DNA of 63,581 nucleotides, filler included, from Bonamia ostreae (GCA_040357525.1; 47 parts of 47 records of this genome joined end to end with filler, not necessarily neighbours in it), one strand, 5' to 3'; positions 36,662 to 49,102 are shown, counted from the whole stretch's first letter. Notes: generated by a model from the sequence alone, not told the origin. Numbers and translations: made by a program.

Positions 36662-37395
36662 CAGATCCACTCCATGGCAAAACTTGCATTCCAGTTGATT
36701 GTGCTATCAAAGTTGAGCCTATTTTATCACCAAGTGCTCGCATTGCTTCTTCAAATTTAAAAATTACTTTTTATCTATTCGTTAATCTCATTGCTCTTAT
36801 TTGTTGTAAACACAAAATTGATTTTTATATAAATTAAACACAAAATTTTCTTAAAAAATTGTAAACCTGGAGAAGGACCAATCCAGATAATTCCAGCTTG
36901 ATTCAAAGCTTCAGGCAATTGATCGTTTTCTGAAGCGTGTCCCCATCCCGCCCAAACAGCCTCACATCCAGCTCTTTCGGCGGTGTCGACAATTAGATCA
37001 ACATTTGCATAATTGTTGACATTGGAGCCGCCATTGACTTCGATAAATTTGTCTGCGAGTTTGATGTATTCTGCCTCAGATTTGAGGTCTTCCGGTGTCG
37101 CCATTACTGTGAAATGAAACATATTCTCGCGACCAAACGTTTCATAAGACCATTTTTTAATTGATCTTTTACGAAAAAAATTTAGTTTTTATTGCATTTT
37201 TGTTCGTTTAAAGAAATTTTTCAAAATTTTTGCAAAAAAATTAAATTTTTATTTAGAGATTGAACATTTTTGCCAAAATTTAACAGAAAACCTTATTCCT
37301 TTAACAGCAGCAATGCCATTATTGGCGACAAAAATTTTTTGAATAACTCTTTTTCCGCCAAGTTCCTTGACATATTTTTGAATCAATGTCCTCAT
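36662..37395 (-). CDS. ACC1: Acetyl-CoA carboxylase (eukaryotic multidomain type), biotin-carboxylase N-terminus, 2 introns; protist
   Basis: [34 protein letters not shown]...MATPEDL..AEYI..AD...[11 protein letters not shown]...[12 protein letters not shown]...[20 protein letters not shown].....PWSGS. Confidence 0.97.
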
Positions 37396-37721
37396 AAACC
37401 CTTTTCGTCTTTAATGTATAATTTAACCTTAAATTCGGCATATTCTTTCTTAATCGAATAGTTTTATGCCAATATTTTAACTTTTCAGTTTGTTATTTAG
37501 TACTAATTTAAAGCTTAAAATCTTATATAATTTATTTAATGCAATTTATTGAATTATATGCGATTTTATTGTTTTTTTTAATAAATCGGCAGTTTTCGAT
37601 TCTTCAAAAACAGTTTTGATCAGGGCGCTTAACAAATATAACGTTAATTTACAAATTATTTTATTTTTCAGTTGATAAATATTTAATTTCGCCACTTTAC
37701 ATTTTTCAGTTGAAAATTTTT

Positions 37722-37916
37722 TAAAGATTTTTCGTTTTAGAATTTCAGCCATTTCTAGAAAAGATTTGTCAAAAGTTTTTTGCTTTTAAAGATTTGTCGT
37801 TTTAGAATTTCAGCCATTTCTAGAAAAGATTTGTCAAAAGTTTTTTGCTTTTAAAGATTTGTCGTTTTAGAATTTCAGCCATTTCTAGAAAAGATTTGTC
37901 AAAAGTTTTTTGCTTT
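37722..37916. repeat. 65-nt tandem repeat, 3 near-perfect copies, upstream of ACC, truncated by the contig end
   Basis: AATTTCAGCC recurs at 37741, 37806 and 37871. Confidence 0.95.
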
Positions 37917-39127
37917 NNNNNNNNNNNNNNNNNNNNNNNNNNNNNNNNNNNNNNNNNNNNTTAATTAATTAANNNNNNNNNNNNNNNNNNNNNNNNNNNN
38001 NNNNNNNNNNNNNNNNCCTTTCATATATCTCTTTCTGAAATCCGTAAGATATTTATTTTTAACTTTGAGCGATATGTCTTAGTAGTATAGGAGGCTGTAT
38101 AGGTGGGTGAAGAATAAAACTAAAATAGACACAATAGAACAAAAATAGAAAAAGTAAGAAACACAACCAAAATTAGAAAAAGGGAATTACGCATGACCCT
38201 GACCTACTTTAAGGATTTATTTTTCTCGACATAATAAAGGGGTCGTATTACCTGACCGACTTTATGGTAGAGTGCCTCGAACAATGGAATAAAAGAGGAA
38301 TAATGGAAGGGGAAAATTCAACGATGTCCATGACAATACGGCTATTGTTCATTAATAATAAATGACTCGATTTTGGAAAATCCAATAAAGTCGATGAAGG
38401 GGCATGAAAAATCCCGACACGATATTGGAAAACCCAATGACAATAGGGGAATTGTCAAACGACACAAAGGAAACAGTTCTGGAAAATCCAATGACGTCAA
38501 AGCGGAGGCATGGAAAAACTGAAGGTGAAAATACAGATTGAAAACAATAGGTAATTGAAAAAAAGAATGAAAAGAGAATGAAGGAATGGCGGACCATGGC
38601 CTACTGTTCCTCAGTAAAAGACGAAGTGGGGAAAATGATCACACCATCGACGAGAAAATTACTTATTACACGTATTAGAAAGCTGTCAAGATACGAACTT
38701 CAAAAACCAAGGGATTTAAGAATTCCATGAGGAAGAGTGCAGTTATTAAGAAACCCATCAACAGTTATATTGCAGACAACAACTCTGGGTATTGTGACTA
38801 CTGTGAAAAACAGTACGATTTAAGAAGTAATATCGTGCATGAGAGACTCTGTCTTGTCAGACTGGCTATGGAGACTGAAAGGAATGTAACAAAAATACCC
38901 ACTCTATACAGCCGCCTATATTTTACATTGATAAAGAGATATCTCTATACGGTACACATATACATGTGTCTCTAAAGGTTAAGATATATATTTTATAGGT
39001 TAAAGAAATATCTCTTTATGCTTAATAGATATATAGTTTATAATGAAAAATGAAACGGCTCACCATAGTCTCTTTCTCTCTCACAGTAGGTTATAAACCT
39101 TCAATCAGTTTCTCTGTATACTTACAG

Positions 39128-39270
39128 ACAAGAATGAGTGCGAAGCTGTTTCCGTGAGAAGTCTCTGTTTTCCTGGATATAAATGTCGGCCATCAAACTA
39201 CACTGCGGAGTGCGCGCACGTGTGTACCCTCACGGGACTGGAATGTCACCACGGGGGTCACTGTTACTAC
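39128..39270 (+). CDS. EGF-like domain exon; animal
   Basis: CAG acceptor, then (D)KNECEAVSVRSLCFPGYKC...ECAHVCTLTGLECHHGGHCYY. Confidence 0.65.
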
Positions 39271-39688
39271 NNNNNNNNNNNNNNNNNNNNNNNNNNNNNN
39301 NNNNNNNNNNNNNNTTAATTAATTAANNNNNNNNNNNNNNNNNNNNNNNNNNNNNNNNNNNNNNNNNNNNTATTTTGCAAATTTTACAAAAATTTTGAAA
39401 AAATAAAATAAGATCGCCAAAATCACAAAAAATTGCAAAAATTTTTAAAATTCATTTAAATTAAAATGTAAATCTGTTTCGACATATCCACAAAGGATGA
39501 AATGATTAAATCTTAATCGACTAAAAAATTTAAATCTCACATTTTGAAAACATCGTAACATAATTTTTAATTGAGATTTGGGTTTAAATGAATAAAAATT
39601 GTTTTCATGTAAAAATTGAAATAGAAAAAAACTAATTTGAGCTTTTTATAGCATAATTCATTAAGATTTAAATTTTATATAAGAAAAA

Positions 39689-40087
39689 ATGGACAAAAAG
39701 AAGAAAATATTTATCATCGCTACAATGATTTTTGTTTTAACTATTGGTTGCTTGATACTTTCGTTCTATGAACCAATTGAAAAAACTGCTATATCTGACT
39801 TGTTGCGTGCATTGTTCGCAGTTGGGGCAATTGGTTATATTATCGTTTGTGTTTTGTATGTTGTGTTCTATGTGGCTGGAAAAAAAGAAACTATTCGCAA
39901 TATTCCCGATAATCCCGATAACCGGAGTTATGGATTTATTCAAGCGGCAGAAGCTGATGAACCTTTGTCGGAGCAATTTATAGAGGATGACCCCCTTGAT
40001 TATGATAGCTATACGGTAGAAAAGCATTTGAACTCTTTTATTCAGTCTGGATATTTGAATGAGTCTAATGTTTGGATTCGAAAGTGA
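39689..40087 (+). CDS. Hypothetical intronless 132-aa protein with two TM helices and an acidic tail; protist
   Basis: A-rich ATG context, two hydrophobic segments, no family recognised. Confidence 0.6.
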   Translation: MDKKKKIFIIATMIFVLTIGCLILSFYEPIEKTAISDLLRALFAVGAIGYIIVCVLYVVFYVAGKKETIRNIPDNPDNRSYGFIQAAEADEPLSEQFIEDDPLDYDSYTVEKHLNSFIQSGYLNESNVWIRK

Positions 40088-40186
40088 ATTAATATAATAT
40101 TAAATCAAATCTCACTACATTCCATTCCATCTATTCTTCGTTAATAAATCGTTTTAATCGTTTCCTATATAAAACAAATTCCGAGA

Positions 40187-40586
40187 ATGTCGAAAGCTTC
40201 ATCGATAATCTCTAATTTAAAAAATAAAGCCCAGTTTCTAAAATATTGTTGCACGCTCAAAGGCGAATCTGAAATAAACCGCTTACTCGACGACCGCCGT
40301 AATTTCCAGCTTTTTTCGAAAATAATAATTCCTGAATTCAATCATTTCGTAAGTAGCGGAAGATCTGCTTTTATTGCGGAAAAAATATTGAAGAATTCTC
40401 CCCGAGAAACACAGAAAGAACTCTTGGAACTAGTACTTAAAAATGGCGTTCCTGAAACATTTCATTCAAACATTTTTTTAAATAATATTTTTTTACACAA
40501 ATTTCCGGACGATTTTTCATGTTATTTTGAGAATTATATCAGAAATGATTTGGGATCTTTTCTTTTCGACCGGCAAAAAAGATTAT
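40187..40586 (+). CDS. Hypothetical helical protein, first exon; protist
   Basis: Long open frame starting 99 nt after the previous stop and ending near a GTTTC donor-like site. Confidence 0.5.
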
Positions 40587-40908
40587 GTTTCATTTTTTTG
40601 CAATGACATTTTTGGATTTTTAANNNNNNNNNNNNNNNNNNNNNNNNNNNNNNNNNNNNNNNNNNNNTTAATTAATTAANNNNNNNNNNNNNNNNNNNNN
40701 NNNNNNNNNNNNNNNNNNNNNNNCAAATTTTGTCGATCGAACTCAAAAATTTTTTTCGCAAAAATTTCCCAAAAATTCGCAAAAAAAAACAAAAACTCAC
40801 TGTTTTATAACAAAAATTCGAATTTTGAAACAAACCGATTAAAGCTCAAAACAAAAAGAAATCTAAAAAACCGGATATAATAACGCTATTAAATCTCTCC
40901 ATATAAAA

Positions 40909-41896
40909 ATGGACAATAAAAGTGAGAAAACTTACACTTTTGGCCAGATCAAACAGACATTCTCTGAAAACAGAGAATGCTTTACGCAGGGCGGATTTAT
41001 TTGCGGGGCACTTTGCTTATTTTATCTATCGCTTTTTTTCGTGGCCATAATGGGCCCCGTCGAAACCAGCGACGTTCTCGTGGACAGTTTAAATTGCAAT
41101 TTTAGGCGATTTAGTTTGCTCTTTTACCGAATTTTCGAGTTTGACCGGTCGCATTTTGATTCGTTTTGACGACCAAACAGCTTATTTTCACATCAATATC
41201 GGCGGATTAGAAAACAACACATTTCATGGAATTCATATAAATAATGTAAGCTTTCGGATTTTCTATTTTACGTAATAATCATTAAAATTGTAGTTAAATG
41301 ATTTTGTAAAACGAGTTTAAAAAAATGAGTTGTAGTTTAAAAAATGAGTTGTTCAATTAAAACGACAATAATTAAAATGGACGGGATTTGATAAAAATGA
41401 GTTGTAATAATCAAAAATTTGCTATTTAAAGCAAATTAGTTACATGAAAAATGTATAATAAAGCATTAATGGCTGTTATTTAAATACAAAAACAAATAAA
41501 TTTTCAATAATCGGACTTTAATTTTATTTAAAGCTCTGATTTTTTTATATGGAAACTTTAATGTCAAAGTACGCAGACAAAATATCAGACAACGAACATT
41601 ACAATCCAGATGAGAATCCTCACGGATGTCTGTCAAAATCATCTAGAAGTGGCACGAGACATTTGGGCGATCTCGGTAACATTGACGTCGATTCTATGGG
41701 AAGTGCCAGAGGGCTGAAAAAAGTATGGATGGACAAACCGATCGATCTTATTGGGAGATCGATGTCGATATCGTCCAATCCAGACGATTGCACCACTCAG
41801 CCGGACGGGAAAAGTGGCGATTCGATCGGTTTTTGTACGATTGGATATTACAGCGGCGATGTTGAAATGAATAATGAAGATTTTGATATTAAATGA
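40909..41896 (+). CDS. Membrane-anchored Cu/Zn-SOD-fold protein with degenerate Cu site, 2 introns; protist
   Basis: N-terminal TM; GGLENNTFHGIHINN|..EHYNP...PHG...RHLGDLGNI...LIGRSMSISSNPDD..TQPDGKSG. Introns 41087-41105 and 41246-41569. Confidence 0.85.
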
Positions 41897-42076
41897 AAAT
41901 GTAATTTTTTAATTTTTGCTTTTCAAATGACTATATTTTCAAATAATTTTAAAAAATTGCAGTTTTGATTTTACAANNNNNNNNNNNNNNNNNNNNNNNN
42001 NNNNNNNNNNNNNNNNNNNNTTAATTAATTAANNNNNNNNNNNNNNNNNNNNNNNNNNNNNNNNNNNNNNNNNNNN

Positions 42077-43103
42077 GAAAAAATACAGAAACTATGATAG
42101 AAGAAATTGGAGCAGATATCGACAGAAATATTAAAATTGCTCATTCTCTTAATTTATTGTTTTCAGCATCAAAGTCAAAAGATGTACTCTTTTCCACAAA
42201 AAGGAAGCAACCAAAAAAATAATTTCGCTCAGAAGAAAAACATCAAAATTAAAATACCTATCTGCATGTTATGATAGATTCACAACAAACATAATGTTGA
42301 TGATCATGAAAAGCCATTGTCTCTCGGCAATTGATTATGGCTGTGAGGCTATTATTGGCAGCGCGAAAACCAATTTGGACGCCATCGAAGCAACCGAGCA
42401 TAAATCTTTAACAAATTCTCTTGGTGTCTCAACAACTTGTGCTCGAAATGAAAGCCGGGCTCTTGCAGATTTTGTGCCACTCAAACAACGTTGGGCTATC
42501 AGAGTATTCAAATTTTAGAAAAAAATAGCCAATAATAATGATGTTTTCCAACAACAGATTGCTCAAAAAAGATTTGTATACTCTTCAAAAAAGCAATCAA
42601 TTACAACTGCAAACAACATTTTGTATCAACTTGAAGGAATCAATTATTTTAATAACTGCAATCTTTACGATTCCGATGTATTAGTTGATAAAATAAAAGA
42701 CATCTCCAAAAATTCTTTGATAGAGATGTTGAATAGCAAAAACCAAAGAGAAATTCTCACATTCTTCCTAAAAAGGATAATAAAATTATTCAAAAAAGGA
42801 TGGTCACGATCTGTGTAGGAGACGATCTCTAAATTGATCTTGGACCGCCTTCCATTTGAAAAAATAGAATTCCGACTTAAAAAACGTACAAACGAAAATT
42901 GCACGTTGTTTAATAAAAAAGGCAACTCTGTTCACAATATATTTGTTTGCCCGAGATATAAGGATCTCCGTTTTAAAATGTTTAATAAATCGATCATTGA
43001 ATTTGAATCACAATGTCGGACTATTTTGACAAATGCGAAGTCCATCCACATTCTCGTCCATAAAATACTGGATTCGAGGATGAAGCAGAAGGAAAGAAGC
43101 TGA
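42077..43103 (+). mobile_element. Degenerate non-LTR retrotransposon ORF2, RT C-terminus to terminal Zn finger
   Basis: HSLNLLFSASKSK (RT end); SAIDYGCEAI......LDAIE..EHKSL..SLG; terminal CTL......SVHNIFVCPRY. Several stops and frameshifts. Confidence 0.75.
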
Positions 43104-46100
43104 CGAGGCCGCAAACAAATAAAAAGATGGCGGCGAAGAAGATAAGGATATGACGGAGGAGGTGCTATAAGAGCCCACACGGGGCTATTTAGAACATGAA
43201 TATACAAATAAATAAATTTGTCAGCCAAACTCCCAAAAAAACCTAATAGAAAACCATATAATAAAATAAAAATTGCTAATATTCTAAAAACGACTAAAAA
43301 AGTTTTTCCAAAGAAAAATTCGTTATCCGNNNNNNNNNNNNNNNNNNNNNNNNNNNNNNNNNNNNNNNNNNNNTTAATTAATTAANNNNNNNNNNNNNNN
43401 NNNNNNNNNNNNNNNNNNNNNNNNNNNNNTCTCTCTCTCTCTCTCTGTCTATTTACAATGTATGTGTGTGCATGTGTTCATATAAAATTGACTCCATGAG
43501 GAGGGAAAAGAACATAATATACGAAATGTGACACAAGTTGGAGTCTATGCGTCAATTTCACAGCAAGAAAGAAAATAAAAATTACTTGCAAAAAAAAACC
43601 CAACCCAAAACAAAACAAAAAATACATTCGCATCGTAACCGGTGAAAAGCTCAAAAATATCAACTTTCGAAACAATTTTAAGATATGAATGCATGTGTCT
43701 TATTCAAGTATAATACAATATTATATCATTTGTCAAATACTTATTCACAAGAATTATATCGTGTTGAGTTGTAGAATTCATACAAAGAATGTAACAAATA
43801 TATCTTTGATTTGTGAATAATGTGTATCGGCGGTACATTTATTTACTCTTAGAGAACACTTGGAATTAATTTGATGTTTATTTTTTATGATTTGTTTTGA
43901 ATGAAATGAAAGTTTGCTAAAATAAAAGAAAACCTTGAAAACGTAGTTGATATGTTAATATCAATCATTCAATATATATTTGCCAGGTACATGTATACAA
44001 CACTTCATTAAGAATCCCATATATGTCTATTGATATTACAATTATTTACAAGAAAATATAACAATGCAAAAAATTACTAACTTGCAGTAGGCCTCACAAA
44101 AATGTGGCTAATGTTTGTTTACCGCAGAGCTGAATATCACGTATGAGAATAAATGGTCACAAATCAGCTGCTTGATTTCAAATCAGTTTAATCTAATGCC
44201 TAGATAATCTGTAGAGTGATTATCAACACAAAATTTAGAGTTATACTACCTTAAATATCTAGAGAATTATCTTCCTAGAAAATGTACAGTGCAGGGAAAC
44301 AGGCATTATATCATATTTCTATTGAACTGTGACAAACGTTGTTCTAGAAATAAAACGTCTAAATTCTTGCTTATGTCAATCAAGTACAATGTATTACACA
44401 ACACTACGTACTTCTATTTATAGTCATACAAATACATAACTCATGCTACAGTGTAATCAGGACACCAGTTTATATTAATGAAAGGTCAAGGTCACCTTAC
44501 AGAGATGATTAACAAATAGTGGGAAAATTCTTAAGGACAAGAAAACCGGAAAAGTCAAAACCTGTATAAAATTTTCATTTCATGATAAAGAATCCAAAGG
44601 TTTTCTAGCCATTGAAAATTTCATATAAATGTTCTCACGGAAAAGGAGGGTACAATCTATGGCAGCATCTTTATGTAATGTNNNNNNNNNNNNNNNNNNN
44701 NNNNNNNNNNNNNNNNNNNNNNNNNTTAATTAATTAANNNNNNNNNNNNNNNNNNNNNNNNNNNNNNNNNNNNNNNNNNNNGATGCGCATGTCTTTTTTG
44801 TCTTTGAACTTTTAGCAGGACAGTTTGATGGCGTACATTTATATTATCCTCGTATCCACTAGTTTAAAAGGAGACGTACCCTATATTCTAGTTGATATTA
44901 CATGTAACGACGTTTTAATGATACAATGTATATTGTTCGAAAATCATTTTATGCAACGTTGATTATATATTTTAATGTTTCTGCTTTCCATTTCATCTAA
45001 TAAATTTTAAGTTCATTGTCGGTCAAATAAGTGAAGTCACGTGACTTGTGTAGCCAACAGAAAAAGGACAGACTACTGACCGGCCAACAGTTCGCTGGTC
45101 AATAGAGCATGTATGGGAGAGAGAGTTGATTTGATAATTAGAATATTGGATTTGAATCTTATTAGTTTTATAAAGGTGTACGGTACATGAAACACTAAAT
45201 GTACATAGTTAAAGCCCTCCGTCAACTCTAATACAGTGACGATAGCTGATAATGGAGTGATTTGAAAATTAGGAGAGTAAATTGCCTGTATTTCGTTTAC
45301 ACGCCAGACACCCAATTGTAAATAACCTTTCATACATGTCCTCGTATAATCTCATTTATAGAGACGTAATTTGCATACATGGAGAATACATGTACATCAA
45401 GAATACGAGCCCAGTCGTGCAGATCCCATAATCATTTGGAAAGCCTCGGTCTTCTTCTGTTGGACTCTTGTAGCGCAGTTAGGGTTTCATTAAGCATTGC
45501 ATTATCACATTGCATTAAGTTATCAGACTTTTGTGAATGTTTGAAGTAGAGCAGATTGTGTATTAAAGGCAGCTTCGTGCAGCGAGCGTATCGGGTTACG
45601 GTTAAGAAAAACTGTGTCTCGCTGTTTATTCACAAGAAAACGTTCCTCTGTATAGTAGATTGTTGGCATCTAGTACCACTGAAGTTGTTTATTTCCTTCC
45701 GTAGAGGTTCAAGGACATCGCTGGTGATATTGGTCATCTGCTAATTCAGATTGCGCAGAGTTGTTTTTTGGTGGGGTTTTTTTTGGTTGGTTTTTTATTG
45801 TAAATACATGTAGCTTTCATGTCATTGTGTCTCTGGTTAATATCAATTTCATTTTGGTGTCATGGTGTATTTTGCGGTAGATGCGCGCGCATAACACACC
45901 CTGAACACAACTGAACGCTATAACCCATCTACTTATTTCTGTTCAGGAAAAAGTACGAAATAAAATTGGGCTATTCTCGTCGAATACCTTAAAAACAACT
46001 GACTGTGATAACCCAGTCTGTCTCTTGCTGTTCNNNNNNNNNNNNNNNNNNNNNNNNNNNNNNNNNNNNNNNNNNNNTTAATTAATTAANNNNNNNNNNN

Positions 46101-46177
46101 NNNNNNNNNNNNNNNNNNNNNNNNNNNNNNNNNCAGAAAAAATTATTGCTTCAAAATAATTTATTTCACGAAATTTT

Positions 46178-47003
46178 TCACCATCCATATTTAGCTTTCG
46201 TCTCTCTTCTATTTAACATTCTTTTTGTTTTTTCTTGTTGCAATGAGAAGTGAGCGTTTTGGGCATCAAATGCCAAAGATGTTATCTTGAAATTTTTATA
46301 ATAAACTTGATGTTTTCGTTTATGTATTGACGACACATTCTGGGAAGGTATTGTAACAGTCGCGTTTTCCGCGTTTCGAAAAATCGCTGACAATAATTTA
46401 TTCGGCGAATTCTCGATTTTCGAATATTCGTTTGGCGTTATCGTTATTAAATTTGGATTTTGTTTTACTTCATTCAAAACCTTTTTATTGTTAATTTTTT
46501 CAAAAAATATTTGAAAATGTAAAAACGTTTTTATCGGGCGGAATAAAATCCAAGAAATCATTTTGTTTTAATAAATCTCCGAATTTTTGAGAGCTTTTCG
46601 GATTTTCGTTGATTTGATCGTTTTTATATTGGAACTTGTCGAGTTCATATTTTTTTCGAGGCGATGAATGATCAGATTCATCGTCTGAATTCGGAATTAA
46701 AAAAGATCCCATCTTGAAATTTTCCTTTTTATCGAAATTTTTAATTCGAGAATTTTCTTTTTTGTGCAAATTTTTTATTCGAAAATTTCCAAAATGTTTT
46801 TTCTGTTCAAATGGTGAAATTGAATTTTTGACATCGTTTTGTTTTGAATTTATCGCTCTTTTTCTTATTTTCGATTTTTTCGGTTTGTTATTTTTAACCT
46901 TTTTCGGTTTTGGCAACAAAGAGAAATTCAGTTTTTTCTGTTTTTCTGCAACTTTAGGATGTTCTTCAGAATCGTCAGAATCACTATACGGCACAAGAGA
47001 CAT
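46178..47003 (-). CDS. PRCC: PRCC-like protein, complete, 2 introns; protist
   Basis: N-terminal MSLVPYSDSDDSEE and C-terminal HKRKHQ|ITSLAFDA.......RRETKAKYGW* (PRCC C-terminal motif). Confidence 0.85.
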
Positions 47004-47058
47004 TTTCGTAAACAATTAACAAATTGTTATATAAAAACTTCATAAATCAGCTTTAAAA

Positions 47059-47322
47059 ATGGCTTCTGAATCTCAGAAAATATCTCAGGGGTATCAGAAA
47101 TTGATTATTGATGTTTTGAAGGAAAAGGGGGGATCTTGTTCTTACGAAGAACTTGTCAAAGAAGCAGAAAAACAGCACTGCGATTCGCTGGGCGCAATGC
47201 TCAAAATACTAAAAAATAAAAATGTCATTACATTTAGTCAAGTGTTCTTAATGTATCCAATGCACAAAGACGAAATCGTCACTTTACTATCATCTGATTT
47301 TGATCCATTTAACGACAAATAA
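47059..47322 (+). CDS. ABRACL: Costars-domain (ABRACL-like) 87-aa protein, intronless; protist
   Basis: SYEELV......DSLGAMLKILKNKNVITFSQVFLMYPMHKDEIVTLL matches Costars (F..L......LVGTLK.AK..K.V.F.GE.L.Q..HD.V.I.LL). Confidence 0.75.
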   Translation: MASESQKISQGYQKLIIDVLKEKGGSCSYEELVKEAEKQHCDSLGAMLKILKNKNVITFSQVFLMYPMHKDEIVTLLSSDFDPFNDK

Positions 47323-47485
47323 ATCGCTAAACTATTTTTGTTCTATAAAATTTTTTCCATTTTTTCCATTTTCCGATTTTCAGTCNNNNNNNNNNNNNNN
47401 NNNNNNNNNNNNNNNNNNNNNNNNNNNNNTTAATTAATTAANNNNNNNNNNNNNNNNNNNNNNNNNNNNNNNNNNNNNNNNNNNN

Positions 47486-48060
47486 AAAGTTTTGAGTTAA
47501 AAACATATTTTTGAACCAAAAAAATTTCGTTTTTGTTAAAAAGACGCACCGAAAAATGCTTTTTCAGCGCCAAAATAACAAGATTTTGCACTTTGAAAGA
47601 GTTTCTATAACATTGCGCGATTTTGAATATTCGCTCAAAACACTCTTCGTTCAATCTATCTCTGCTTTCTCCGTCACATTGCAACACAACAATATCAAGT
47701 AACAACCCGAAAACCTTCTCCGCGTGCTTCTCGTTGTACAATCGACTCGGCAACCGCGAACAAAAGATTTTGATGAAAGGAACTGAAATCGATTTCCGCT
47801 TTATTTTGAGAACACGATACAAAACTCTTTTGGCTCTCAGTTGGATCAGTTCGTTTGGAAACAGAAAGAGAGTGTCGGAGAGAATTCCGGAAAACCTCTT
47901 TTTACGGCTAGGAAATCTGGTGTGAAGATATCCTTGCATGTAACAATTCTCGATGTTCTTCAAAACCTCGATGGCCAGTTTGGCGTTGTTTTGCAAATTC
48001 GCTTTTTTCAATTTACTGAAAAATAGTTCGATAATCGGTTCCGAAACCGTTCGAACGTTT
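47486..48060 (-). CDS. Hypothetical helical protein exon; protist
   Basis: More than 175 open codons with protist-like codon usage, running off the contig end. Confidence 0.5.
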
Positions 48061-48837
48061 TTGAGTTTAGAATGGTCTGAATTTTATTAAAAAAAACTGA
48101 TCATTTTAGCTTGTTTTTGAATTTTGGATTTTGTTGGTTTTCAAAATTAATATCTTTGGTTTTAAGAATGGCTGCAATAAGTTGGTTTTCAATATTAATA
48201 TTTTTGCGTTAAAATGTTTGTTGTAAAATTTGCACAAATGGAAAGTTTGCGATGATAAAAAAGACAAAGATAAAAAAGTCAGACGAAAAGACGCAATTTT
48301 GAAAATTTAATTTTTGAAACAAATTTTTTTCGAAAATGTAAAAAGAGACAAAGATTTAACTAATCAAAATCGTTCTTATGTCATTAATCGAAACGCCATC
48401 TGTTATAACTTCCATTGTGCGGATTACAGTACTAATGTGGTTCGGAATATTCTAAATTATTTAAAATTCGTTGATTTTTTAAAATGATTTGCGATATTTA
48501 AAATGATCAGATTTTGTTTGAATTGAAAATTTTGGTAAAAAACTCTTTCTGGTCGAATTCTGTGAATGGTCCAAATAGATTGAGAAGACGAGCAAACAGT
48601 AAAACCTGTTTCTACTATGCAAAAATCATTTTTACTTTTCTTCATCAAATTTTTTAGCAGATTTTTGTCGCTTTCTTTAAAGGGACCGATTTCTTTTAGA
48701 AAAAGCGGTTCGTAATCGTTTCCACCACAATATATTTNNNNNNNNNNNNNNNNNNNNNNNNNNNNNNNNNNNNNNNNNNNNTTAATTAATTAANNNNNNN
48801 NNNNNNNNNNNNNNNNNNNNNNNNNNNNNNNNNNNNN

Positions 48838-48965
48838 TTCGAATTAGCGGATTTCTCTGTTTCACAAGATGCACATTTTATAGCGCTTTCGTCGTTTAAT
48901 AATGTACACTCTTTGCATTCCCATTTTTTTTGCTGTTTTCTGCATAGTTCAAGATAAACGTCCAT
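48838..48965 (-). CDS. N-terminus of a RanBP2-type zinc-finger protein; protist
   Basis: WECKECTLLNDESAIKCASCETEK fits W-x-C-x2-C-x3-N-x6-C-x2-C. Confidence 0.8.
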
Positions 48966-49102
48966 TTTGCAAAAGAGTTTTTGAAAATATGTAAAATCGG
49001 TAATCGATTCAAAAAAACAAATTTTGTTGATTCGAAAAAAGTTAATGTGTTTTGCGTCCAATGCTAAATCGTCGGAACTTAGCAATTTTTGATTTTTTCT
49101 CG

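Noticed and set aside
38180-38975. Purine-rich, coding-like region with a CDYC..H..C motif, possibly a DNA-transposon or Polinton relic
   Set aside because: Too degraded; no diagnostic domain or terminal repeat can be supported.
47430-47485. Many ORFs sharing a C-terminal XXXX-LIN
   Set aside because: Translation of the linker, not a protein motif.
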